Shown piece by piece: positions 41,464 through 50,946 of a stretch of DNA of 64,000 bases. The first letter of the stretch is position 1. Each line of letters starts with the position of its first letter. Origin of the DNA: an uncultured Trueperaceae bacterium (GTDB lineage Bacteria > Deinococcota > Deinococci > Deinococcales > Trueperaceae); assembly GCA_963727505.1 (NCBI GenBank), contig CAVSGP010000002.1, forward strand, positions 256,001 through 320,000, in the 5' to 3' direction. The notes beneath the pieces are model-generated. The model did no database searches. It worked only from the letters and a program-made list of their open reading frames with translations, and had not been told where the DNA came from. Position numbers and translations under genes: made by a program.

Positions 41464-42006
41464 CTACGCGGGAACGTACGTCAGCCTGAACACGTCCTCA
41501 CCCACGCGCTCGCCGGCCACCAGGCGCAGCGGCGGGCGCGGCCCGGCGAAGAACGGCTTGCCCTGCCCGAGCACGAACGGACGGAAGTACAGCCGGTACT
41601 CGTCGATGAGACCGAGGTCGGTCAGGCTTCGCGCCAGCTCCGGACCCGCGACCTCGATCTCCCCGTCGAGTCGCGCCTTCAGGGCACGCATCGCCGGCTC
41701 GAGGTCCCCGGAGACCAGCGTGGCGTTCGGACCCACGGACGTGAGCGAACGCGATACGACCCACTTGGGCTGTCTTCGCCACACCGCCGCGAACGCCCGT
41801 TCCGCCTCGTCCCAGTCGGGCCGGTCTTCGTCCCAGTAACGCATCATCTCGTACACCTTGCGACCGTACACGCTTCCGCTCAGGTCACGCACCCATTCGT
41901 AGAAGTGACGGAACAGCTCCGGACCGGGCGCCGGCAACGCCAGCTCACCGGCGGCGTCGACGTAGCCATCCAAGGACTGCGACAGTCCGAACACGAACCT
42001 GGCCAT
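41464..42006 (-). CDS. Dihydrofolate reductase family (RibD C-terminal-like) protein
   Basis: QSLDGYV, YGRKVYE, KWVVSRSL, GLIDEYRL..PFVLGQGKPFF. Confidence 0.9.
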   Translation of the reverse strand: MARFVFGLSQSLDGYVDAAGELALPAPGPELFRHFYEWVRDLSGSVYGRKVYEMMRYWDEDRPDWDEAERAFAAVWRRQPKWVVSRSLTSVGPNATLVSGDLEPAMRALKARLDGEIEVAGPELARSLTDLGLIDEYRLYFRPFVLGQGKPFFAGPRPPLRLVAGERVGEDVFRLTYVPA

Positions 42007-42380
42007 GGTGCGGCATCTCCTCCCCGGAACCCACTCCGGCATCGTCCGTTCCGTGCCGACACGGCACGGGGGACTCGGTCCAGTCTAGGTGCCGCCACGC
42101 GATCGCCGGTGCAGCCACCACGCCGAACCTCGGGCCCGGGCCGGACGCCGGACGTGACCGGCGCGCCCCGGGGCCTGGAGCCCCGGGGCGGACCGATCAG
42201 GAATCGAGAAGCGCGGGCCTCCGCCCCACCCCTAGAATGGCGGTCATGGGTCCCGCCCCTCCAGGGCCGGAGCGAACCCATCGTCGGCCTCCGGCGACGC
42301 CTTGGACGAACGGCGCCGAGCCGGACTCCGCTCCGCTCCCCGCCGGCCAGGATGTCGGCGCACCCATCAGGAGGTACCTC

Positions 42381-42842
42381 ATGGCCATCACCGTGGACTT
42401 CAAGGACGTCTCGACCGTCGGGCTGGAGTCGTCACCGGTCGCGCCCGCACTCGCCGGGTTGCGCGCGAACGAAGCGCGCTACTACAAGAACAAGTACGAC
42501 CACGTCTTCACGGTGGAGCCGGCGAGCGACGCCCAGGCGACCGTCGACTGGGTGCACCGGATCCTCGAGGAAGAACGCGGCATCGTCATCGCGTCGCGCC
42601 CTCTCGAGGCCACCTCCTTCCAGGTCGAGAACCTCCGCATGGCCTACGTGTTCTACGAGAGCGGCCTCTCGATCAACGTCATGTACAACCTCGACGACCC
42701 CAAGAAGCGGGCGGTCGGATTCAAGCTCTCCGACGGCATGGACGTCCCGGAGGAGCTGGGCTCGTTCAAGTTCGCGCGGCAGAAGTCGAAGCTGGCCGGG
42801 ACCATCCGTGGGTCGTACTTCGCGTTCAAGACGGAATACTGA
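42381..42842 (+). CDS. Conserved hypothetical protein
   Basis: AGGAGG RBS, strong codon bias, LAGLRANEARYYKNKY. Function not assignable. Confidence 0.75.
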   Translation: MAITVDFKDVSTVGLESSPVAPALAGLRANEARYYKNKYDHVFTVEPASDAQATVDWVHRILEEERGIVIASRPLEATSFQVENLRMAYVFYESGLSINVMYNLDDPKKRAVGFKLSDGMDVPEELGSFKFARQKSKLAGTIRGSYFAFKTEY

Positions 42843-42896
42843 GCGCGGTACCGGGCTCGCGGGTCGTCGGGCTCGCCGTTGTCCTAGGGTGGAGGC

Positions 42897-44415
42897 ATGA
42901 GATTGAACCTGAAGCGCATGACCCTCGCCCTGATCGGAACCTGGACCTTGCTGGCGTTTGCCCTGGCGCAACCGGCTCCCGACCGGGCCCGCCAAGACGT
43001 GGCAGGGAACTGGGAAGGCAAGCTCGTCGTGGGCCAGTCGTCGCTCCGCATCTGGCTCGAGGTCACGCAGGGCCCGAGCGGCGGGCTGAGCGCCACGCTC
43101 TACAGCCTCGACCAGGGCGCAACTCCGATCCCCTGCACCAACGTCAGCCTGCAAGGCGATACCTTCCGGTTCGAGGTGCCCGCCGTTTCCGGCACCTTCG
43201 TCGGCCAGCTCGACGCGAGCGGCAACACCATCGACGGCACCTGGACGCAAGGCCAGTCCCTGCCTCTGATGCTCGAGCGGCAACCGCCCGGCGCGAAGCG
43301 CCCCGGGGCCAGCAGCACCGCCGCCAACCCCGCCAAACCACCCGTGCCGCTCGACGAGCTCGGCGCCGCGCTCGACGACGAGTTCCGGCCGGTGATCGGC
43401 ACGCCGACCCTGAAGGCCTCGGCCGGCGTCGGCATCGTCATCGGCGTCCTCCAGAACGGCCAACGGCGCATCTTCGCCTACGGCGCAACCAAGCCCGACT
43501 CCATCTTCGAGCTCGGGTCCGTCACCAAGTCCTTCACCGGACTGCTCCTCGCCCAGATGGCGACGCAACACGACGTCACGCTCGACGAACCGGTCCGCGA
43601 ACTCCTACCGCCCGGCACCGTCGCGAAGCCCGACGGCCCGGAGATCACCCTCCTCGACCTCGCCACCCAGCACTCCGGCCTCCCGCGCCTACCCGCGAAC
43701 CTTCGGCCGAACGCGAACCCCACCAACCCCTACGCCGCGTACGGCCCCGAAGACCTGTACGCCTTCCTGGGTGACCACGGCGTCGCGCTGCCCGCAGCAC
43801 CCGACGTTCCTCTACAGCAACCTCGGCTACGGCCTGCTCGGCCATGCACTGGCCCTCCGCGCGAACGCGTCCTACGCGAAGCTGATCGAGAAGGAGATCA
43901 CCGCGCCTCTGAAGATGACGAGCACGGCCGTGACCCTTCCGGCGAGCGAGCAGTCGCGCCTCGTCCAGGGCCACGACGCGGCCAACGCCCCCGTGCCTGT
44001 CTGGACGTTCGACGCGCTCGCCGGAGCCGGCGCCCTACGCTCCAGCGCAGGCGACCTCCTCACCTTCTTGGATGCTCAACTCCACCCCGGCGCCCTCCCG
44101 CCCGCACCCCGGAACACGCCGGCGGCAACGCTGAGCGACGCCATCACCATGACCCACACGCTCAGAGCCGACGGGCCACAAGGCATGAAGGTAGGCATGG
44201 GTTGGCTCTACGAGGAAGCCAACGGGACCTACTGGCACGACGGCGGCACCGGCGGCTACACATCGATCGTCGCGTTCCAACCCGCACACGACCGAGCCGT
44301 CGTCGTGGTCTACAACCGCGAGGACCTCGGCAGTAGTGCGACCCCCTTCACGCAACGCGTCGCCGCCAACGTCATCGCACTGCTCTCGGGAACGCCGGCC
44401 GGATCGCTGCAGTAG
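42897..44415 (+). CDS. Secreted serine hydrolase (AmpH/class C beta-lactamase family), frameshifted near 43800
   Basis: Signal peptide, GNWEGKL N-domain, GSVTK and ATQHSGLP in frame 1. FLYSNLG, GAGAL and WHDGGTGG in the second frame. Confidence 0.85.
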
Positions 44416-44582
44416 CTTGCGCTGCGCCGTTGGCGACGGGAGCTGCTCCGCACCCAGGTCGTCCGACGGAGCCCCGCTCCCCGAGACGTCCATCCTCGGA
44501 ATACGAGGGATGGCGCTTGCGGTCATGGCCTGCTATCGTCCGTACAACTTCTCGCCATGCACGGTCCCTCAGGAGGTTCGCT

Positions 44583-45188
44583 GTGCCGGACACCACCTGT
44601 CACATGTCCATCTCGCTGGACGGCTTCGTCGCCGGGCCCGAGCAGAGCCGGGAGAACCCCCTAGGAAAGCGAGGGCAGGAACTGCACGGCTGGCACATGG
44701 GCGACCCTCGAGCCACCGACGCCGACAAGGTTGCGAACGGATGGCTCATGCGGCCCCGGGGCGCCTACGTGATGGGGCGCAACATGTTCGGGCCGGTACG
44801 CGGCGACTGGGACGAGGACTGGACGGGCTGGTGGGGCGCCGAGCCGCCGTACCACGCGCCGGTCTACGTGCTGACGCATCATCGCCGCGACCCCATCCAG
44901 ATGGACGGCGGGACGACCTTCCACTTCGTCACCGAGGGCTTCGACGCGGCCTACTCCGCGGCGCGCGAGGCCGCCGGGGACCAGGGCGTGGACATCGCCG
45001 GCGGCGCCTCGACCGTCCGGCAGGCGCTGGCCGCCGGCGTGATCGACGAGCTCACCCTCGACATCGCACCGGTGCTGCTCGGATCCGGCGAGCGCATCTT
45101 CGACGGCACGCAAACCTTCGGCTTCGATCCGGTCGAGGCGCTGCACTCGCCACTGGCCACGCACATCCGGTATCGCCGCGTCAGGTAA
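44583..45188 (+). CDS. Dihydrofolate reductase family (RibD C-terminal-like) protein
   Basis: AGGAGG + GTG. SISLDGFVAG, MGRNMF, WWGAEPPY, IAGGAS, IDEL. Confidence 0.9.
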   Translation: MPDTTCHMSISLDGFVAGPEQSRENPLGKRGQELHGWHMGDPRATDADKVANGWLMRPRGAYVMGRNMFGPVRGDWDEDWTGWWGAEPPYHAPVYVLTHHRRDPIQMDGGTTFHFVTEGFDAAYSAAREAAGDQGVDIAGGASTVRQALAAGVIDELTLDIAPVLLGSGERIFDGTQTFGFDPVEALHSPLATHIRYRRVR

Positions 45189-45270
45189 CCCGGCGAACGG
45201 CCGGAGACCCTCGTGGGTCGAAGCCCAGGCTCCCGGCCTGGGCTTGCAGGTGTCGCCTCGAGATGGTCAT
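45181..45270 (-). pseudogene. N-terminal stub of a putative AbiEii nucleotidyltransferase toxin
   Basis: ATGA overlap with the AbiEi-like stop. MTISRRHLQAQAGSLGFDP resembles AbiEii N-termini, then stops after 29 codons. Confidence 0.5.
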
Positions 45271-45638
45271 GGAACCTCACCCCACGCCTGCTCGACGATC
45301 TCCTCGGGGACGATGAGGTTCCACTCGGATATCAGGCGACCGCCTTCGCGCTGGCCGCGCTGAAGGTAGTGCGCGTGGTTCGGGCGCATCGCACGCAACG
45401 CCGTCAGATGCGCCTCCTCCACCATCAGGGCCTCAGCATGCTGGTCGAGGAAGAAGCCGACCTTCGCAGCCGTGGTGGCGTTGTCGAGCAACCGCACGTA
45501 GTCGAGCACGACGTCGAGATCGAAGAATTCGACGGCAGCGAGCGAGCGCCAGATCTCCTCCCAGCTTCCAGATAGGCCTGGACGATCGAGAACGTCCACG
45601 AGGGCGCGTTCCAGGCTCGTGACGCGCACCGCACCCAA
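45267..45638 (-). pseudogene. C-terminal half of an AbiEi-like antitoxin/transcriptional regulator
   Basis: VRVTSLERALVDVLDRP..SGSWEEIWR, KVGFFLD, WNLIVP. The N-terminal wHTH is absent. Confidence 0.75.
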
Positions 45639-45849
45639 TTAACGAAAGCCGTTCGACGCCGCCGGCCGCGCAACGAGGGCAGTCTTCCCGCGAACGGCGG
45701 GGCCGGTGATAAGCGTGTGGTCCTGTTCCAGAACGCCGTCCCTTCGCCACTCGCGAATCGCCCGTGCGTTGCGCCTTCTGCGGCCGTGGTCCGCCGGCCC
45801 TAGGCCGCGGTGGGATCTGCGACACGCCCGGATGCCGTAGGCTGACCGC

Positions 45850-46778
45850 ATGGCCGAGCGCGCCGCCGGTCCCATCGCCCCCGGGGACCGCACCACCCTC
45901 CTGTGCGTAGGGCACCAACTCGACGTGCTGCACGCCCGGCTCCCGGCGAGCGACGGGGACCCGACGCTGGACCTGAGCGCCCGCGACCAACGCGCCGTCC
46001 CCCACGGACGATCGTTCATCGTCCGCACCGGGCTCTCGCGACACCTCCCCGTCGCCGGCGAGTGGTTCGAACTGACCGTCGAACGCGCCTGGCGCTTCGG
46101 TGGCGGCAACTACCTGAAAGGCGAGGTGACCCGCTGCTGGCTCGACCTGCAAGCGCTCGCCCTTCCAGCACTCGGCCTGCTCTACGAAGGGCCATGGACC
46201 GTCGCCGGCTGGCTCCACGACTCGGGGCTCGAGCCAGACGACCTCGAACCCGCCTACGAGGCCGTCCTTGCCGCACCCGAACGGCGTCAAGTGGAGATGG
46301 AGCGCGTTTCACCCGAACCCCTGACCGGCCTGGAGCTAGAGGAGGACGCGATCCTCGAATCCATCGCCTGGCGCGACATGGGCGACCCCATGCACGCCGA
46401 GAAGCTCCTCAGCGAGCTGCTCCGCCAAGACCTGCGCTGCGTCGACGCCCACGCCCACCTCGGGAACCTGCACATGGAGGGGTACTGGGGAAGGCCACGG
46501 CCGGAGCGCGCACGGCGCCACTACCAGGTCGGCGTCGCGATCGGCGAGAGCACCCTGGCGCCCGACGGCAGCGACGTCACCCCCAAGGGCCTGATCGACA
46601 ACCGGCCGTACCTGCGCGCCCTCCACGGCCTCGGCCTGGCCGCCTGGGCACTCGGGGACCGCGAGGAGGCGGAGCGGCTCTTCGCGCCCTCTTGGCGGGA
46701 CCCTCCGACGGCATGGGCGCGCGCTTCCTGCTGGAGGACCTGCGACGCGGCGCCCGCTACGAGGAAGCCGGACCGTGA
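45850..46778 (+). CDS. TPR-like hypothetical protein typical of mobile cargo, frameshifted near 46685
   Basis: DLRCVDAHAHLGNL, HYQVGVAIGE, DNRPYLRALHGLGL. Expected C-terminus (PSDGMGARFLLEDL) is in another frame ending at 46778. Confidence 0.65.
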
Positions 46779-46870
46779 CGCGCGGGCGCCGCGAGGGCAT
46801 GGTCGTGTTCCAGACCCTCGACGACTCGGTCTGCTCGGAGTGCGCGGCCGAGTCGGGCGCGGGGAGCGGA
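46775..46870 (+). pseudogene. Truncated N-terminus of a putative DUF2293-like gene
   Basis: GTGA overlap. MVVFQTLDDSVCSEC resembles the CxxC N-terminus of that family, then similarity is lost. Confidence 0.35.
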
Positions 46871-47076
46871 TCCGGACCTCGTGCCGGCGCTACGCGAGCA
46901 CGACGGCCTGGAGTTGGTCGCGATGAGCTTGCCGCCGGAATCCGGCGACCGGTCCAGAACCAAGGCCTGCAGGGACCGCTCCGCCCTCCGCGCGGAAGCC
47001 TCGTCCCGCGTTCGGCGCACAGACCTGTACTCTCACAGCCTTGTAATTACGTTTCCATGTAACTATACTTACAGGC

Positions 47077-48534
47077 ATGAGCGATGGCCGGTCTGCACCG
47101 CTGATCGATCGCCAACGGGAACTGCGAGAACTCCGACGCCTACTCGCCGACGGTGAGCCTAGACTCGCCCTCCTCACGGGGCGGCGGCGTGTTGGCAAGA
47201 CCTACCTGCTCACCCACGCGTGGGGCGACCGAGATTACTTCCTCTTCACGGCCTCACGCGTCACCGCCGAGGCGAACCGCGCACAACTCATCAAGGACCT
47301 TGCCGACTGGTCTGGCGAAGACCTCCGTAGCGAGGACTTCCCGAACTGGCGCACGCTCTTCAACCTGCTTCTCGATCTCAAGCACCCCCAACCTATCGTC
47401 CTCATCCTCGACGAGTTCCAATACCTGGCCGAGGACGGCGATCTCGCCACCGTCGCCAGCGAGCTGAATGCCGCGTGGGAACGCCAACGAGCTCCGCGGC
47501 CCCTCCTACTCGTGCTCTCCGGCAGCGCCGTCAGCACCATGGAAGGCCTCGCAGGCGGCGGGGCACCCCTCTACGGGCGCTTCGCCTGGCAGCACAAGCT
47601 CCAACCCTTCAGCTACTGGCATGCCACCGAACTCGCGCCCTTCGACGACCTCCGCGACCGCGCCGCCACCTACGGCGTCTTCGGCGGCACCCCGCGCTAC
47701 CTCGCCGCCATCCACGTCGACCGCTCCCTGGTCGAGAACATCCAGACGCTCCTGCTAGCGCCCAGCGGCGAGGTGCGCACCCTCGTCGAAACCGCCCTCG
47801 ACCAGGAGGAAGGCCTGCGCGACGTCGCCAAGTACCGGAGCATCCTCCGCGCCGTCGCCCAGGGGCGCACCTTGCGCAACGAGATCGCGGACCTCACCGG
47901 GCTCGGGAACGATCGCGGCCTCCGCGCCAAGCTCGACAATCTCATCGAGCTCGGCTACCTCGAGACGCACAGCAACATCGACGCGAAGGCCTCCGAGCCC
48001 ATCCGCTATCACGTCGCCGACCCGGCCTTCCGCTTCTATCAACGCTTCGTCGAACCCAACACCAGCACCCTGGAGCGCTACGAGCCGAGCCGGGTCTGGA
48101 GTGACGCCATAGAGCCGCAGCTGGACACCTACATGGGCCATGCGTTCGAGCGCATCGCGCGGCAAGCCTACGACCGGCGCGCGCCCGATCTCGGCTTGCC
48201 GCTCGTCCGGGAATGGAGCAGGTGGGAAGGCAAAGACCGAAACGGTGATCCCATCGAGATCGACATCGTCGCGCCCCTTCTCGACAAGCGCATGCTCACG
48301 GGCGCGGTCAAATGGAACCGCAAGCCCATCGGCCCCCACGTCCACTGGGCCCACCTCGACATGCTGAAGCGCAGCGCCAAGGCAGGACGCAAATGGGCGC
48401 ACCAAGCCCAGGAACCCGACGCGCCCATCCTTTACGTTGCGGCTGGCGGCTTCACGCCCGCATTCACCAAGGTCATCGAGGAAACGGACCGCTCCATCAC
48501 CCTCTGGACCCTAGACGACATCTACCAACCCTGA
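47077..48534 (+). CDS. Archaeal-type AAA ATPase with wHTH and C-terminal DUF234/PD-(D/E)XK-like domain
   Basis: IDRQREL, GRRRVGKT, LILDEFQY, LVLSGS, LYGR, GGTPRYL, YHVADPAFRFY, GHAFE, EIDIVA..GAVKW. Leaderless TATACT-N7-ATG. Confidence 0.9.
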   Translation: MSDGRSAPLIDRQRELRELRRLLADGEPRLALLTGRRRVGKTYLLTHAWGDRDYFLFTASRVTAEANRAQLIKDLADWSGEDLRSEDFPNWRTLFNLLLDLKHPQPIVLILDEFQYLAEDGDLATVASELNAAWERQRAPRPLLLVLSGSAVSTMEGLAGGGAPLYGRFAWQHKLQPFSYWHATELAPFDDLRDRAATYGVFGGTPRYLAAIHVDRSLVENIQTLLLAPSGEVRTLVETALDQEEGLRDVAKYRSILRAVAQGRTLRNEIADLTGLGNDRGLRAKLDNLIELGYLETHSNIDAKASEPIRYHVADPAFRFYQRFVEPNTSTLERYEPSRVWSDAIEPQLDTYMGHAFERIARQAYDRRAPDLGLPLVREWSRWEGKDRNGDPIEIDIVAPLLDKRMLTGAVKWNRKPIGPHVHWAHLDMLKRSAKAGRKWAHQAQEPDAPILYVAAGGFTPAFTKVIEETDRSITLWTLDDIYQP

Positions 48535-48762
48535 CCGGCTGCCGGTTCGGGGAACAGCGGCAATCGCCCGAAAGCGCCAGACGGCGTCGACTGAAGCGGC
48601 GGTCAACTACCTACCCGCGGTCCGGTCGGCCGCCAGGCTGGTCGCTCCGCACCCTCCGCAATTCGCACACGGTTCGCACACAAGCTCCTAGGGCGCAAAT
48701 GCTCCACTTCTGCTGTGCTGCAAGCACGCTTCCGCCTCCTGCTCGGCGCTTCGTGATCGTCC

Positions 48763-50820
48763 TCAGGTAGTTAGAAATGAGCTCGGCGGACCCCCGCACG
48801 TCACCAGCAGATGCTCGCGCGCCCGCGTACAGGCGACATAGAACAGGTTCCGCTCCTGCTCCACGAACGATTCCCGCTCCACCTCATCCACCTTGGTGCC
48901 GAGCACGTACTGGTTCGGCAGGTAGCGTTCCTCACACCCCATCACGACCACCACCTTGAACTCGAGGCCCTTGGCGCGGTGCATGGTGCCGATCGCGATG
49001 CGCTTCGCCTCCAGGGGCCGGTCGTCCTTGAGGAGCTGCGCCTTGAGCCCGAGCCTTCCTGCGACGTGCTTGGCTCGCTCCTCCACCAGAGCGTTGGTCC
49101 GCGCGAAGATGGCGATGTCCGAGGCCGCGTAGCCGTTCGAGGTCAGCTTCTTGAGGAACTCGGTCACCTTCTCGATCTCCTCGGCAGGGTTGCGAGCCTG
49201 AACGACCTTCGGCTCCGGGCCCGAGAACAGCGAGATCGCGTCTCGCGTTTCCTCTTCCCCATCGGGATCCGTGAGGGCGGCAGGGAGAATCCTATCGGCA
49301 TACCTGCGGATCTGCTCGGTGGTCCTGTAGTTGAGCCGCAGCCGGGACGAGCGGCCCCGGACGTCGATGCCGGCGCGCAGGAAGCTCGTTCCACCCTTGT
49401 AGATCCGCTGCCCGAGATCGCCCGCCAGGAAGAGGCTCCCGGCATCTCCCACGAGTTCACGCAGGAGCCCCAGCTCGGCCGGCCCGAAGTCCTGGATCTC
49501 ATCGGCCACGACATGATCGAAGGGCCGTTCGCCGGCCTTTTCCAACTGCGCGGCCGTCTCGTAGCACAGTCGCTCGTACGTGCGCAGCCCCGCCTGCTCG
49601 AGCTCCTGATGGAGCACGTCGAAGACGCTCCAGGCCTGCATCCGCTGCCGCGCACCCAACGGTGTGCCGCGCCCCACGCGCGGGAAGCCTCGATACGCTT
49701 CCCAGCTCCGGATCCCCTCCGCATCGACGACGGCGTCCCATTCCGATTTCAGGAAGGCGAGCGGGAGGTCCGTGCCTCCAACGCGCTTCGTGGCGTTACC
49801 CAACGCCTCTTCGATCTTCTCGTCGTTCGCCAGATGGAAGGCCTCGTCGTGACCACTGCGCCACAATTCCGTCGCGACGTGGTGGAAATGATCCACACGG
49901 ATCCTGTCGAGCTCCGGCGCGGCCTCTCCCACGAGCTCGAGGAGGTGCTGGTGGAGGCGGGCCGCCAGGGTCTTCGAATACGTGGTCAGCAGGATCCGCG
50001 CGTCCGGGTTCGCCCGCGCCAGCCTTGCGGCGCGATGCAGGGCCACCACGGTCTTACCGGTCCCCGCGCCGCCGGTCACGCGTGCGGGGCCGTTGAAGTC
50101 GCGGTCGACGACCTCCTGCTGCGTCGGGTGCAGGAACACCACCCACTTGTTCCAGGGGGCGGCCAGCGCCTGCTCGAGCACGCGGTCGTCATCGATGACG
50201 CGGAAGCTGCGCTGCGCCGCGGGATGGCGGAACGGGTCGCTGCCCTCGACGGGCACCGGCTTCGGACGGGGAACGAGTTCGCCACTCGCCAACCGCATCA
50301 GAGCCTCTGAAGCCTCGCGCGGCAGCTCCTCGATCAGCTGGTCCACGAACTGCGCATCGTCCGCGATCTTCACAGCGTCCAGCCACACTGCGGGCACGCC
50401 CAGGGCGAGAAGGTAGTCGTCCTCGAAGGAGGCGAACAGCGGAGGGCCGTGGACCTCCGCCGTGTGGAATTCATGGACGATCTCCTCGTGCCGCTCCTCG
50501 ATAGTCACGAACTGGGGCACGCCCGTGAGCTCGTTGACGTCGAGGCGCCGCCGCTCCGCCCAGGCATAGGCGGCATCATGATGGTCGGCGTAGCAGATCA
50601 CGGTGTTGTCGCCGTCCTTGTGCACGATGAAGCGCAGATCCTGGCTCACGCGAGCGGACCAGAAGCGCTTGTCCTTGACGGCATCGAGCCGGTGCAACTG
50701 GAAGCTCGGGTGCTCCGGATTGGCCTTGAACTCGAAGACCGCCGCCGCGACCAGCCCCTTGCTCTGCGGGTCCAGGCGCGCCAGGCTGTCGGTGAACGTG
50801 TCAGTGATGATGAACTGCAC
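48763..50820 (-). CDS. UvrD/SF1 helicase with N-terminal RelE/ParE-like domain
   Basis: GGAGG + GTG 50820. N-terminal FTDSLARL..FWSARVSQDLRFIVH..HHDAAYAWA. GGAGTGKT, ADEIQD, GDLGQRIY, NYRT, TMHRAKGLEF, YVACTRAR. Confidence 0.9.
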   Translation of the reverse strand: MQFIITDTFTDSLARLDPQSKGLVAAAVFEFKANPEHPSFQLHRLDAVKDKRFWSARVSQDLRFIVHKDGDNTVICYADHHDAAYAWAERRRLDVNELTGVPQFVTIEERHEEIVHEFHTAEVHGPPLFASFEDDYLLALGVPAVWLDAVKIADDAQFVDQLIEELPREASEALMRLASGELVPRPKPVPVEGSDPFRHPAAQRSFRVIDDDRVLEQALAAPWNKWVVFLHPTQQEVVDRDFNGPARVTGGAGTGKTVVALHRAARLARANPDARILLTTYSKTLAARLHQHLLELVGEAAPELDRIRVDHFHHVATELWRSGHDEAFHLANDEKIEEALGNATKRVGGTDLPLAFLKSEWDAVVDAEGIRSWEAYRGFPRVGRGTPLGARQRMQAWSVFDVLHQELEQAGLRTYERLCYETAAQLEKAGERPFDHVVADEIQDFGPAELGLLRELVGDAGSLFLAGDLGQRIYKGGTSFLRAGIDVRGRSSRLRLNYRTTEQIRRYADRILPAALTDPDGEEETRDAISLFSGPEPKVVQARNPAEEIEKVTEFLKKLTSNGYAASDIAIFARTNALVEERAKHVAGRLGLKAQLLKDDRPLEAKRIAIGTMHRAKGLEFKVVVVMGCEERYLPNQYVLGTKVDEVERESFVEQERNLFYVACTRAREHLLVTCGGPPSSFLTT

Positions 50821-50946
50821 GTGGACCTCCCGAGAAGAGGATGGCGTTGGGGCGCACTTGCCCAGCGTTTTTAACGCGTTGACCGGCAACAAACCTGGGC
50901 GCCTCGGCGACCGCCGCCTCCGAGGCGCCGACAGCACGCCGCACGC

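Noticed and set aside
35916..44415. Beta-lactam or trimethoprim resistance genes
   Set aside because: The serine hydrolases and RibD-C/DHFR-like proteins belong to broad families, so resistance cannot be inferred from motifs.
45640..45780. Helicase remnant with Walker A-like ITGPAVRGKTAL on the minus strand
   Set aside because: Motif spacing is wrong and no other helicase motifs are present. It may be chance.
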